Assembly (NCBI GenBank): GCA_034521595.1
Contig: JAXHMG010000003.1
Span: 1,664,001-1,728,000 of the forward strand
Direction of reading: 5' to 3'
Length of the DNA stretch: 64,000 bases
Source of the DNA: Gemmatimonadota bacterium
Lineage (GTDB): Bacteria > Gemmatimonadota > Gemmatimonadetes > Longimicrobiales > Gaopeijiaceae
The first letter of the stretch is position 1, and the number at the start of each line of letters is the position of its first letter. The notes beneath the pieces were generated by a model. That model had not been told where the DNA came from. It worked only from the letters and a program-made list of their open reading frames with translations, and ran no database searches. A program made the translations under genes and the position numbers. Positions 32,297 through 42,070 of the stretch are shown here, piece by piece.

Positions 32297-34018
32297 CTAG
32301 AAGAACACCGGCTCTTTGTACGCCCCGAAGACGTTCTCCATCGCGTGCCGGATCTCGAAGAGCGTGCAGTACGCGCGGGCGCAGTCGAGGATGTACGGCA
32401 CGACGTTCTCGCCGTCCCGAGACGCGTTCTCCAGGGCCTGGAGCGTTTGCTCCACCCGTTCGTCGTCCCGTTCCTCGCGAAGCTTCTTCATCCGCGCCAC
32501 CTGGCGCTCTTCCACGTCGCGATCGATCCGCAGCGTGTCGATCTCGATGTCGCCGGAGCCTTCGGTGAAGCGGTTCACTCCGACGATCACCCGATCCGTC
32601 GACTCGATGTCGTGCTGCTGGCGCATCGCCGACTGGGCGATCTCGCGCTGGAACCAACCCGCCTCGATTCCGGGCACGACGCCGCCCATCCCGTCGATCT
32701 CGTCGAACAGGTCGAGCGCCTCGCGCTCCAACTCGTCCGTCAGCGCCTCGACGTAGTACGAGCCCGCGAGCGGGTCGATGGTATTCGGCACACCCGACTC
32801 GTGAGCAAGGATCTGCTGCGTGCGAAGCGCGATGCGCACCGCCTTCTCGGTCGGTAGCGACAGCGTCTCGTCCATGGAGTTCGTATGGAGCGACTGCGTT
32901 CCACCGAGGGCCGCCGCCATCGCCTGATAGGCGACCCGCACGATGTTGTTTTCCGGCTGCTGCGCCGTGAGGCTCACACCGGCGGTCTGCGCGTGGGTCC
33001 GAAGCCTCCACGACTCTGGGTTCTTCGCCCCGTGCTTCTCCTTCATGCCGCGCGCCCAGATGCGCCGAGCCGCCCGAAACTTCGCGATCTCCTCGAAGAA
33101 GTCGTTGTGTACGTCGAAGAAGAACGAGAGCCGCGGGGCGAACGCGTCGACATCGAGCCCACGGGCGATCCCCCGCTCCACGTACTCGAAACCGTTCCGC
33201 AAGGTGAACGCGAGCTCCTGACCCGCCGTGGCGCCCGCCTCCCGGATGTGGTAGCCGGAGATGGAGACGGGGTTGTACTTGGGCGCATGCTCACTGCACC
33301 ACTCGAACATGTCGACGATCAAACGGAGGGCCGGATCGGGCGGGAACACCCACGCGTGCTGCGCCTGGTACTCCTTGAGGATGTCGTTCTGGACCGTCCC
33401 TCGGAGCTTGTCCGGGGAAATGCCCTGGCGCTCGGCCGCCGCGACGTAGAAGCAGAAGAGGATGATCGCGGGCCCGTTGATGGTCATCGACACGGAAACC
33501 TGGTCGAGCGGAATGCCGTCGAACAGGGTCTCCATGTCGGCCAGCGAAGAGATCGCGACGCCACACACCCCCACCTCTCCGAGCGAGCGCGGGTGGTCCG
33601 AGTCGTAGCCCATGAGCGTCGGGAAATCGAACGCCACGGAGAGACCCGTCTGACCATTCTCGAGCAGATACTTGTAGCGCTCGTTCGTTTCGACGGCGCT
33701 CGCGAACCCGGCGAACTGGCGCATCGTCCAGAGCCGTGTCCGGTACATGCTGTGGTACGGCCCCCGCGTGAACGGATACTCACCCGGAAAGCCGATCTGC
33801 TCCTGATAGTCCGTGCCGGCAACGTCCACGGGCGTGTAGAGGGGCTTCACCTCTCGCCCCGAAAGCGAGAGGAACGACTCGTCCCGCTGCGAAGCGGACT
33901 CGAACGTTTGCTCCCACTCGGAGAGACGCTCCTTCAATTCCGCGAGCTCGGTCTCCCGCTCACGGACGAGGTCCTCCAACTCGGACCGGCTCAAGACGTC
34001 GTTCTCGGTCGTCGACAT
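32297..34018 (-). CDS. B12-dependent acyl-CoA mutase large subunit (isobutyryl-CoA mutase-like signature)
   Basis: [41 protein letters not shown] and SLHTNS motifs; no B12-binding domain; GAGGAG RBS. Confidence 0.92.
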   Translation of the reverse strand: MSTTENDVLSRSELEDLVRERETELAELKERLSEWEQTFESASQRDESFLSLSGREVKPLYTPVDVAGTDYQEQIGFPGEYPFTRGPYHSMYRTRLWTMRQFAGFASAVETNERYKYLLENGQTGLSVAFDFPTLMGYDSDHPRSLGEVGVCGVAISSLADMETLFDGIPLDQVSVSMTINGPAIILFCFYVAAAERQGISPDKLRGTVQNDILKEYQAQHAWVFPPDPALRLIVDMFEWCSEHAPKYNPVSISGYHIREAGATAGQELAFTLRNGFEYVERGIARGLDVDAFAPRLSFFFDVHNDFFEEIAKFRAARRIWARGMKEKHGAKNPESWRLRTHAQTAGVSLTAQQPENNIVRVAYQAMAAALGGTQSLHTNSMDETLSLPTEKAVRIALRTQQILAHESGVPNTIDPLAGSYYVEALTDELEREALDLFDEIDGMGGVVPGIEAGWFQREIAQSAMRQQHDIESTDRVIVGVNRFTEGSGDIEIDTLRIDRDVEERQVARMKKLREERDDERVEQTLQALENASRDGENVVPYILDCARAYCTLFEIRHAMENVFGAYKEPVFF

Positions 34019-34086
34019 GCCCACTCCTCAAATGCGTTGCCCGTCGGGTACCCCTCGAAGAAAGATGCTCGATTCCGGGGCTCGGT

Positions 34087-35172
34087 TCAACGAAGCAATC
34101 CTTCGATGATCTGCTTGGCGACCGAATAGGGCGTCGCGTCGCTGTCTCGGATGCGCTCGACACCGGTATCGAGACGCTGCAGGACCTCCGGCCGGCTCCA
34201 GGTGATCCGGAGCAGCTCGCGGTTCACGACGTCCTGAACGCGTCCACGTGCCCGAGCCCGCCTGCGCGCTTCGAGCTGACCGCTGGAGACGAGCCAGCGG
34301 CGGTGGTCTTCGACCGCTTCGAGCAGCTCGTCGACACCCTCTCCCGTCTGCGCCGTCGTCGCGAGCACCGGCAACGTCCATCCTTCGTCCACGGCCGGGG
34401 GCGCCTCGCTTCGCTCCTTCTCCAACACACGTGAGAGGTCGACTCCGTGATGCGCGGGAACATCCTTCGAGGCGCTCCCCGACCGGAGGTGGATGGCCTG
34501 TCGGATCTCCTTGACGAGCCGCTCCGCGCCCGGGCGGTCCGCCTTGTTCACCACGAAGATGTCCGCGATCTCCATGAGGCCCGCCTTCATGGCCTGGATC
34601 GCGTCCCCGGACTCGGGAACCAGCACGACGACGACCGTGTCGGCGGCGGCCGTGATCTCGAGCTCCGTCTGTCCAACCCCGACCGTCTCCACCAGGATCC
34701 GCTCGAAGCGGAAGGCGTCCATGAGGTCCAGAACTTCCTTCGTCGTCGTCGCCAGCCCGCCGAGGGAGCCGCGGGTCGCCATGGAGCGGATGAAGATCCC
34801 GGGATCGACGGCGAGATCGTTCATCCGGATCCGGTCGCCGAGAAGGGCGCCACCCGAATAGGGCGAGGTCGGGTCGACGGCCACCACGCCCACACGCTCG
34901 TCCCGCGCGCGGTATCTCGTTGCGGCCGCGGACACGAGGCTGGACTTGCCGGCTCCGGGAGGGCCCGTGAAACCCACACGGGCGGTCTCGGGCCCCGCCT
35001 TGAGCAACTCGTGAAGGAGCTCCTGGAATCCCTGCTGCTCGTTCTCGACCATCGAGATCGCGCGCGCGAGCGCGACCGGCTTCTGCTCCCGGAAGCGCGC
35101 CCGGAGCTTCTCGAGCTCCGGAGGCAGGTCTCCGGTGAGGGGCGGCATATGGGTCATCGGCGTCTCGTCCAC
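34087..35172 (-). CDS. meaB: Mutase-associated GTPase MeaB/ArgK
   Basis: GPPGAGKSS, VDPTSP, LGDRIRM, ETVGVGQ and NKAD motifs. Confidence 0.94.
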   Translation of the reverse strand: MDETPMTHMPPLTGDLPPELEKLRARFREQKPVALARAISMVENEQQGFQELLHELLKAGPETARVGFTGPPGAGKSSLVSAAATRYRARDERVGVVAVDPTSPYSGGALLGDRIRMNDLAVDPGIFIRSMATRGSLGGLATTTKEVLDLMDAFRFERILVETVGVGQTELEITAAADTVVVVLVPESGDAIQAMKAGLMEIADIFVVNKADRPGAERLVKEIRQAIHLRSGSASKDVPAHHGVDLSRVLEKERSEAPPAVDEGWTLPVLATTAQTGEGVDELLEAVEDHRRWLVSSGQLEARRRARARGRVQDVVNRELLRITWSRPEVLQRLDTGVERIRDSDATPYSVAKQIIEGLLR

Positions 35173-35274
35173 TCGGCTTCGATTCGTGCCCGTGTCGGGT
35201 GTGGGCGCCCAATCCTATCAGAGCGCGACGACCGTGCACAGGTCTTCGCGGGCGCCCCCGGAGGGAAGCGGCAG

Positions 35275-36936
35275 TCAGTGCCACTCCTGGGGCTTCACGC
35301 CCCGCGCGTGGCGGAGTGGGTTCTCGAATAGATGGATGGGCAGGAAGAGCACGACGACGAACATCACCAGCGCCAGAAAGAGCCCGAGGCCGAGCAGCCA
35401 CCAGCTCCGGAGCGCGATGAACAGGATCGACGTGATGACGGCCGTAGCGCTCGCGAAGATGCTGAGGAGGACCCGACGAGCCTGCAGATGCAGGAAGCGC
35501 TCCTGAGCCTGCACATCGCGTGGATGAACCCTGACGCGCAACTCCTCCCGCTCGGCCCGCGTCACGAGATCCCGCACCGAGCGAATCGCACCCTGGGCTT
35601 CCTCGAACACGCCGCGCGCGACCTGCGCCGGTTGCTGCCCCGTGGACCGCAGCAGCTCGTGACGGTGCTTTTGCACCACCCCTCGAATGAAGGTGACGCC
35701 GTCGAAGTTCGGATCGTACTTGAACGCGAGCCCTTCGATGAGCGCGGCCGTGCGGAAGAAATACACGAGCTCCTGGGGGAGCATGAGCGGCCAGGTGTAG
35801 AACGTGTCGAGCACGTCGTGGACCAACTCGTCCACGATGCGCTGCCGGTTCGTCGTCTTCGCCCGCTCGACGACGCGGAGGATCTCGGTGGCCGCCTCGC
35901 GAATCTCCCCCCGGGACACGTCGGGGCTGATCATGCCCAACTGGTACATCTCGTTGATGACCCCGTCGATGTCCTCGCGGCCCAGGGCCAACGCGGCGTT
36001 CAGGATCGACTGTCGCGTCCACTTCGGGACCTCGAGCACCGCGCCCCAATCGAGCACGACCAGCGTGCCGTCATCCTGAACCAGGAGGTTGCCGGCATGC
36101 GGATCGGCGTGCATGAAGCCATCCACCATCATCATCCGCAGATAGACGCCCGTGAGCGTCTCCATGGTCTCCCGGAAGGAGAGCTTCCCGGCCTCGAACT
36201 GCGGGTGCAGGCGGTCGATCTTCGTCCCCTGCACATGCTCCATGACCAGCACCCGCCGGCGGGTGAAGCGGTCGAGGACCTCGGGGGCCCGCACCGGATG
36301 AGTTCGGCTGAACACGGCACGGAAACGCGCCATGTTCGCCGCCTCCTCCCGGAAATCCATCTCCGAGCGGACCCGAACCGAAAACTCCCGGACGACGTTC
36401 GTGAGCGCTTGGACGTGATGGTTGGGGAACAGGATGTTGAGCCAGTAGAGCAACCGGAACGAGATGTCGATGTCGAGCGCGACCGCGGCGACCACGCCCG
36501 GCCGAAGCACCTTGACCACGATGTCACGCCCGTCCACCCGCGCGCGGTGCACCTGCCCGAGGCTCGCCGCGGCGATCGGCTCGTCCACGAAATCCTCGAA
36601 GAGCTCCGAAACCGGAGCGCCGAGCTCCTCCTCGACGACGGCGCGGATCTCGGATGCCGGATCGGCGGGAACCTGGTCCTGCAACCGGCCGACTTCCGAG
36701 AGGTACGGCTCTGGAAGGATGTCCGCTCGCGAGCTCAGGAGCTGCGATAGCTTCACGAACGTCGGGCCGAGCGCCGCGAGACGGCTCGTGAGCCGTTCGG
36801 CTCTCCTCTGGTGATGCTCCGCGGAGCGACGCATCGGCCGCCCCACGACGATCCCGCGGCGCCTGTCCCGCAGAAAGGCGATCGCGAATGGCGTGAGACG
36901 CCAGAGAACCGACACGAACCGGATGAGTCGTTTCAC
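35275..36936 (-). CDS. ABC1/AarF/UbiB-family atypical kinase
   Basis: LGPTFVKL, AAASLGQVH, VKV, HADPHAGN and LDWG motifs; C-terminal TM helices. Confidence 0.9.
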   Translation of the reverse strand: MKRLIRFVSVLWRLTPFAIAFLRDRRRGIVVGRPMRRSAEHHQRRAERLTSRLAALGPTFVKLSQLLSSRADILPEPYLSEVGRLQDQVPADPASEIRAVVEEELGAPVSELFEDFVDEPIAAASLGQVHRARVDGRDIVVKVLRPGVVAAVALDIDISFRLLYWLNILFPNHHVQALTNVVREFSVRVRSEMDFREEAANMARFRAVFSRTHPVRAPEVLDRFTRRRVLVMEHVQGTKIDRLHPQFEAGKLSFRETMETLTGVYLRMMMVDGFMHADPHAGNLLVQDDGTLVVLDWGAVLEVPKWTRQSILNAALALGREDIDGVINEMYQLGMISPDVSRGEIREAATEILRVVERAKTTNRQRIVDELVHDVLDTFYTWPLMLPQELVYFFRTAALIEGLAFKYDPNFDGVTFIRGVVQKHRHELLRSTGQQPAQVARGVFEEAQGAIRSVRDLVTRAEREELRVRVHPRDVQAQERFLHLQARRVLLSIFASATAVITSILFIALRSWWLLGLGLFLALVMFVVVLFLPIHLFENPLRHARGVKPQEWH

Positions 36937-36949
36937 GTCAACTCCGCCT

Positions 36950-38314
36950 TCAGAGCAGGAAGCCGCTAGCGAGGCCGAGGAGGAAGAGGAACCCGAAGAG
37001 GTCGGTGAACGGCGTCACGAACATGGACGAACCCACCGCCGGGTCGACACCGAGCCGGTTGAGCATCGCGGGCATGAACGAGCCGAGAAAGCCGGCCACC
37101 ACCAGGTTCCCCCACATGGCCGTGAGCACGACGATCCCCAGGACCGGATCACCGCCGATGAAGACCGCGAGAAGCGCCACCACCCCACCGATGATGCCAC
37201 CGTTCACGATCCCGACCGCCAGCTCGCGCCCGACCATGGCGGCCAGCTCGCGCACCGGCTCGACGCCACCGTCCAGAGCAATCGTGCGCACGGTGACCGC
37301 GAGCGCCTGTGTCCCCGCGTTCCCTCCCAGTCCCGCGATGATCGGCATGATCGCCGCGAGGATCACCACGTTCTCGATCGTGGACGAGAACGCGTAGACC
37401 ACCGACGACGCCGCGGCCGCGGTGAAGAGATTCACGAACAGCCACGGGACCCGTGTCCGAACCGACTCCTGCCACGTATATCGGAGTGCCTTCTCGTCAC
37501 TCCCGACACCGGCCATGAGGAAGATGTCCTCGGTCTGCTCGGCTTCGATCACGTCGATCACGTCGTCGAAGGTGATCCGTCCCAAGAGCACGTCGTTCGA
37601 ATCCACCACCGGAATGGAAGCCAGGTTGTAGCGTCCGATGAGCCGCCCCACATCCTCCTGATCAGTGGTGGGCAGCACCGTCGCGATGGGCTCCTCGACC
37701 AGCGTGTCGATCGGCTCGTGCGGGTCGGCGATGACGAGATCGTCCAGGCGAAGCGTGCCGGCCAGCCTCCCGGCCCGGTCCACGACGAAGACGGTGTAGA
37801 AGTCCTCGACGCGCTTCCCCTGCAGGCGGACCTGCTCGAGCGCCTCGACCGCCGTGAGCGCCGCGTCCACGGCCACGAACTCCGTGGTCATCAGACCGCC
37901 GGCGGTTTCCTCGTCGTGCTCGAGCAGTCCCCGGAACGTGACGCTTTCCGGCAGTCCCTCCAACACCTGCTGCTGCTCTTCGGGCTCGAGCTCGCCGATC
38001 AGGTCGACCGCGTCGTCGTCCGCGAGCTGAAGCAGGAGCTGTGCCCGCTTGTCCGGACGCAACGCGGCGAGCAGCTCGGCACGGTCGCCCCCCGCGTCCA
38101 TCTCCGCGAGCGTCCGGGAGGCGAGGTCGGCGGGGAGGGCGGACACCATGAGCACCCGTTCTTCGTCCGTGAGCCCCTCGACCAGATCGGCCAGGTCGGA
38201 CGGGTGCACCTCCTCGGCGAGCTTCGCGACCGCCCGATACCGTCGCCCGGCCAGGAGCTCCCTCACCTGCTCGCGCAGGCCCTCGAGGTCCATGTCGGAC
38301 TCGGCGGTCGTCAC
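36950..38314 (-). CDS. mgtE: Magnesium transporter MgtE
   Basis: N domain, CBS pair (AGGLMT), GGNAGTQ, DPA and TD motifs. Confidence 0.95.
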   Translation of the reverse strand: MTTAESDMDLEGLREQVRELLAGRRYRAVAKLAEEVHPSDLADLVEGLTDEERVLMVSALPADLASRTLAEMDAGGDRAELLAALRPDKRAQLLLQLADDDAVDLIGELEPEEQQQVLEGLPESVTFRGLLEHDEETAGGLMTTEFVAVDAALTAVEALEQVRLQGKRVEDFYTVFVVDRAGRLAGTLRLDDLVIADPHEPIDTLVEEPIATVLPTTDQEDVGRLIGRYNLASIPVVDSNDVLLGRITFDDVIDVIEAEQTEDIFLMAGVGSDEKALRYTWQESVRTRVPWLFVNLFTAAAASSVVYAFSSTIENVVILAAIMPIIAGLGGNAGTQALAVTVRTIALDGGVEPVRELAAMVGRELAVGIVNGGIIGGVVALLAVFIGGDPVLGIVVLTAMWGNLVVAGFLGSFMPAMLNRLGVDPAVGSSMFVTPFTDLFGFLFLLGLASGFLL

Positions 38315-38757
38315 ACGTCCGCTCCGTCGAGCACGCCCCGGTCCCGCATTCCGTCGAGGATCCGCTCCTGTCGTCCGAACATCGGGCTGTCGTAGCGATC
38401 GTCGCCGTCGGGGTGGTCGTACCCGAGCACGTGAAGCGTGCCGTGGATGGTCAGCCGCACGAGCTCTTCGGTCAGAGGAGCGCCATGCTGCTCCGCCTGG
38501 CGGCGGGCCTGGTCAAACCCGAGGTAGACGTCACCCACCAGGCCCGTGGCGTCGTCCAGCGCGAACGCGAGTACGTCGGTGGGCCGGTTCCGGCCGAGGT
38601 GCTCCCGGTTCAACTCCCGGATGCCCTCGTCACCGAGCAGCGTGAGAGACAACTCCACTCCCTCGGCCCCCTCCGCTTCGAGCGTCGCGAACACCGCCCG
38701 ACGCAGCACGTCCGCATCGGCCGCCCGGAACGTCCCGGGGTCCACGACGACGTTCAC
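38311..38757 (-). CDS. ybeY: rRNA maturation RNase YbeY
   Basis: PTDVLAF and HGTLHVLGYDH motifs. Confidence 0.95.
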   Translation of the reverse strand: MNVVVDPGTFRAADADVLRRAVFATLEAEGAEGVELSLTLLGDEGIRELNREHLGRNRPTDVLAFALDDATGLVGDVYLGFDQARRQAEQHGAPLTEELVRLTIHGTLHVLGYDHPDGDDRYDSPMFGRQERILDGMRDRGVLDGADV

Positions 38758-41072
38758 GGACCGAGCTTGGCATCGGCGGATCGGTCGGGCTCGTCCGCGC
38801 CTCCCGCGGCCACCGCGGCATCGTTGTCGGGCGCCTCGCCCGCGGGCTTCTCCGCCTTCGCCGCATCCGTCAGGTGCTTGGTGGCGGGATATTCGATGCG
38901 CCGGTGGGACACGCCCCCCAGGATCTTGGCGAACTGTTCTTTGGCCCGGGCCACCTCGGCGAGCGTCAGCGGGGCGTCGTCCAGCTGACCGTCGGCGATC
39001 TTCGCCGCGACGATCGAGTCGATGAGCGTCTTGACCCGCTCGACGGTCGGTTCCCGCATGGCTCGGCCGGCCGACTCACAAGAATCGGCGAGCATCACGA
39101 TCGCGGTCTCCTTGGAGCGTGGCTTGGGCCCCGGGTACGAATAGCGCGTGAGGTCGACGTCGCCGTCCGTGCCTTCGAGCGCCTTCTCGTAAAAGAATCC
39201 GATCTTCTGCGTGCCGTGGTGCTCGAGAATAAAATCCAGCACGACATTGGGAACGTTGGCTTCCCGAGCCAGGCGAGCCCCCTCCGTCACGTGCTCCCGA
39301 ACGATCGTCGCCGATGTCTCGGGCTTGAGCTTGTCGTGCGGGTTCCGCCCTTCCGGTTGGTTCTCCACGAAGTAGTGTGGCTTGAGCATCTTGCCGACGT
39401 CGTGATACAGGACACCTACCCGACAGAGGAGCCCGTTCGCTCCGATCTCGGACGCCGCCGCCTCCGCGAGATTCGCCACGTTGATGGTGTGCGCGTAGGT
39501 GCCGGGTGCTTCCATTGAAAGGCGCCTGAGCAGCGGACGCGTCGGGTCCGCCCATTCCAGGAGGGTCTGGTCGGTGGTGATGCCCGTGAAGAGCTCGAAC
39601 ACCCAGAGGAATCCCATCGCGAGGAGCGCCGACACCGTGGCGTTCCCCGCGAACACGGCTCCCGACTGGAGCGCCCCGGTCAGGCCTCCACCGGTCGCGA
39701 GCGCGTAGGAGAGCAGCATCACCACCGCTCCCAGCGCGGTCAGCGCGATGGAAACCCAGGTCTCCGACCTGCGACGCACGGCACGCACGCTCATGGCCGC
39801 GGCCGATCCGGCGGCGATGAGGGCGAGCACGAACCCGTAGTCGGAGAACGGCGGGAGCGTGCCGGTGATCGCGGCGAGGATCAACACGAGGAAGAGGGAC
39901 ATGCGAGTGTCCCACAGCACGGCGACGGGAAGCGCCACGAAGGCGATGGGAAGCCACTCCGGAGCGAGGCCCCCACGGTCGATCGCGATTCCCGCACCGA
40001 AGTACGCGGCCGACAACAACGCGATCAGCAGGAGCCAACGGAAATTCGCATACACCTTCGGCCGGTTGAAGAAGAGCAACAGCCCGAAGATCGAGATGAG
40101 CCCGATGTTCAACAGCCATGCGCCGACTAGCGCGCCGACCGCGACACCTTCGCGCTCCAGAATGCCCCGTGCCTGGAGCTCCTCCTCGTAAGCCCTCAGA
40201 CGCTCGAGCGTGGCCGGACCGATCGGATCCGCCTCGCGAACGATCGCCTGACCCTGGAGCACCTGATTCTTCGTCGTGGGCACGCTCGCGGCTGCCTGCT
40301 CCCGGTCACGCTCGGTCGCGACGACGTTGAGCTCGAGGGTGAACTGGACGTGGTGGATCAGGATCAGCCGGAACAGGTCCCGCGCCTCCGGGGGGAGCTC
40401 GTCCGGAAGGAGCGCAACGGCACGAGCGAAGAAGTCGCGCGAGGTCAGGATCGATGAGGGATCGGCCACTTCCTCGTCATCCCCCCGTCGCAAGGTCACC
40501 GACCCGGCGGTGAGGTCCACCATGCGTGACGCATCCGCGACGCCCTGAGGCAAGATCTCCGTGGCGGCGCGCACGGCGGCGGAGCGGAAGGTGTCCCTAG
40601 TATCCTCGTCGAGAAGGTACTGGAGCTGCCGCGCCGTGGGCGAGATTTGACGCTCTTCGAGGATCTCACGCACGCGAGAAGTATCCCCGGCAACGGCCGC
40701 GCCATCGATCTGGCTGAAGAAGTCACGCATCCGCGTCGCGACCGTGTCGGCCAAATCGGGCGTGAAGTCGAAGGTCGGCGGCACGGCTTCCATGGCCGAG
40801 CGACGATCCCGCTCGAGCTCCGTCGCGGTCTTCGGGACGTCGAACGGGACGTCCGCGATGACGTCCTCGGGAGCGACCATCCCGAGGGTGTAGCGTTCGA
40901 CGTCCATGCCGTTCACGGGGGGAAACGCGAGGGCCACGAACGCGGCCAGCAACACCACGAGCAGCACTCTCGATCCGTGATGGCGCACGCGTCCCCCGAG
41001 CGAGCTCCCCGGATCCCCCGAGAGCCGGTGTAGCACCGACTCGCGCTCCCGCGACTTCCCTCGGGAGCTCAC
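38754..41072 (-). CDS. pgpH: 7TM-HD (HDIG) phosphohydrolase, PgpH-like cyclic-di-AMP phosphodiesterase
   Basis: Extracellular domain, about 7 TM, APGTYAH, YHDVGK, FVENQ, EHHGT, YPGPKP and MLAD motifs; between phoH and ybeY. Confidence 0.85.
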   Translation of the reverse strand: MSSRGKSRERESVLHRLSGDPGSSLGGRVRHHGSRVLLVVLLAAFVALAFPPVNGMDVERYTLGMVAPEDVIADVPFDVPKTATELERDRRSAMEAVPPTFDFTPDLADTVATRMRDFFSQIDGAAVAGDTSRVREILEERQISPTARQLQYLLDEDTRDTFRSAAVRAATEILPQGVADASRMVDLTAGSVTLRRGDDEEVADPSSILTSRDFFARAVALLPDELPPEARDLFRLILIHHVQFTLELNVVATERDREQAAASVPTTKNQVLQGQAIVREADPIGPATLERLRAYEEELQARGILEREGVAVGALVGAWLLNIGLISIFGLLLFFNRPKVYANFRWLLLIALLSAAYFGAGIAIDRGGLAPEWLPIAFVALPVAVLWDTRMSLFLVLILAAITGTLPPFSDYGFVLALIAAGSAAAMSVRAVRRRSETWVSIALTALGAVVMLLSYALATGGGLTGALQSGAVFAGNATVSALLAMGFLWVFELFTGITTDQTLLEWADPTRPLLRRLSMEAPGTYAHTINVANLAEAAASEIGANGLLCRVGVLYHDVGKMLKPHYFVENQPEGRNPHDKLKPETSATIVREHVTEGARLAREANVPNVVLDFILEHHGTQKIGFFYEKALEGTDGDVDLTRYSYPGPKPRSKETAIVMLADSCESAGRAMREPTVERVKTLIDSIVAAKIADGQLDDAPLTLAEVARAKEQFAKILGGVSHRRIEYPATKHLTDAAKAEKPAGEAPDNDAAVAAGGADEPDRSADAKLGP

Positions 41073-42052
41073 GCGTCGTCCTCCGCCGCCATTTCACGCC
41101 CATAGGCCGCGATGATGTCCTTCACCAGCCGGTGGCGGATCACGTCCTTGGCATCCAGATAGACGAGGGAGATCCCCTCGATGTCGCCGAGAATGTCCTC
41201 GACCTCGAGGAGCCCGGAATCGTCGCGCCGTGGAAGGTCGATCTGCGTCTTGTCTCCCGTGATGACCACGCACGAGTTCACGCCGAGGCGGGTGAGGAAC
41301 ATCTTCATCTGGGCGCGGGTCGCGTTCTGCGCCTCATCGAGGATCACGAACGCGTCGGACAGGGTCCGGCCCCGCATGTACGCGAGCGGTGCGATCTCGA
41401 TCGTGGAGTCTTCCAACGCGCGCTGGACCCGTTCATGCGGCATCATGTCTTCCAACGCGTCGTAGAGAGGACGGAGGTAGGGATCGACCTTCTCCTGGAG
41501 ATCGCCCGGAAGGAAGCCGAGCTTCTCACCCGCTTCCACCGCGGGGCGCGCCAGCACGATGCGACGGACCCGCTTCTTGTAGAGCGCGTCCACCGCGCAA
41601 GCCACCGCGAGGTAGGTCTTGCCCGTCCCGGCCGGACCGATGCCAATGACGATGTCGTGCCCGAGAATCGAGTCGATGTAGCTTCGCTGCCCATCGGACT
41701 TGGGGACGATCGCCCCCCGCGTGCCCGGAAGCGCGATGCGCACCTCTTCCGTGGGGTGAATGACCCCTTCTTCCCCGAGGGCCTCGATCCCGTCCGCGAA
41801 GCGAGCGATATCCGCAACGTCGAATGGGGCCCGAAGGCGCGCCAACTCGATCATGTGTTGCAGGACGGGTACGGCCCGCTCGACCTCGTCGAGTCCGCCC
41901 GAGAGAATGAGATGATCGCCTCTCAGCACGGTACGAACGCCGAACAAGCGCCCTACCTCTTGGAGGTTGCGGTCGTTGACACCCGCCAGCATGAGAGGGT
42001 CCACGCCCTCCGCGTCCAGCCGGTGTTCGATCATGGTGTCGCCGTTCGTCAC
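41069..42052 (-). CDS. phoH: PhoH-family ATPase
   Basis: GPAGTGKT, RPAVEAGE, GFLPGD, YMRGRT and DEAQN motifs. Confidence 0.95.
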   Translation of the reverse strand: MTNGDTMIEHRLDAEGVDPLMLAGVNDRNLQEVGRLFGVRTVLRGDHLILSGGLDEVERAVPVLQHMIELARLRAPFDVADIARFADGIEALGEEGVIHPTEEVRIALPGTRGAIVPKSDGQRSYIDSILGHDIVIGIGPAGTGKTYLAVACAVDALYKKRVRRIVLARPAVEAGEKLGFLPGDLQEKVDPYLRPLYDALEDMMPHERVQRALEDSTIEIAPLAYMRGRTLSDAFVILDEAQNATRAQMKMFLTRLGVNSCVVITGDKTQIDLPRRDDSGLLEVEDILGDIEGISLVYLDAKDVIRHRLVKDIIAAYGREMAAEDDA

Positions 42053-42070
42053 GGCATCTCCCGGGAACCG

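Noticed and set aside
30156-33011. 951-aa ORF suggesting a long N-terminal extension on the TonB receptor
   Set aside because: The first ~260 aa overlap the mutase gene in another frame; a signal peptide begins at ATG 32234.
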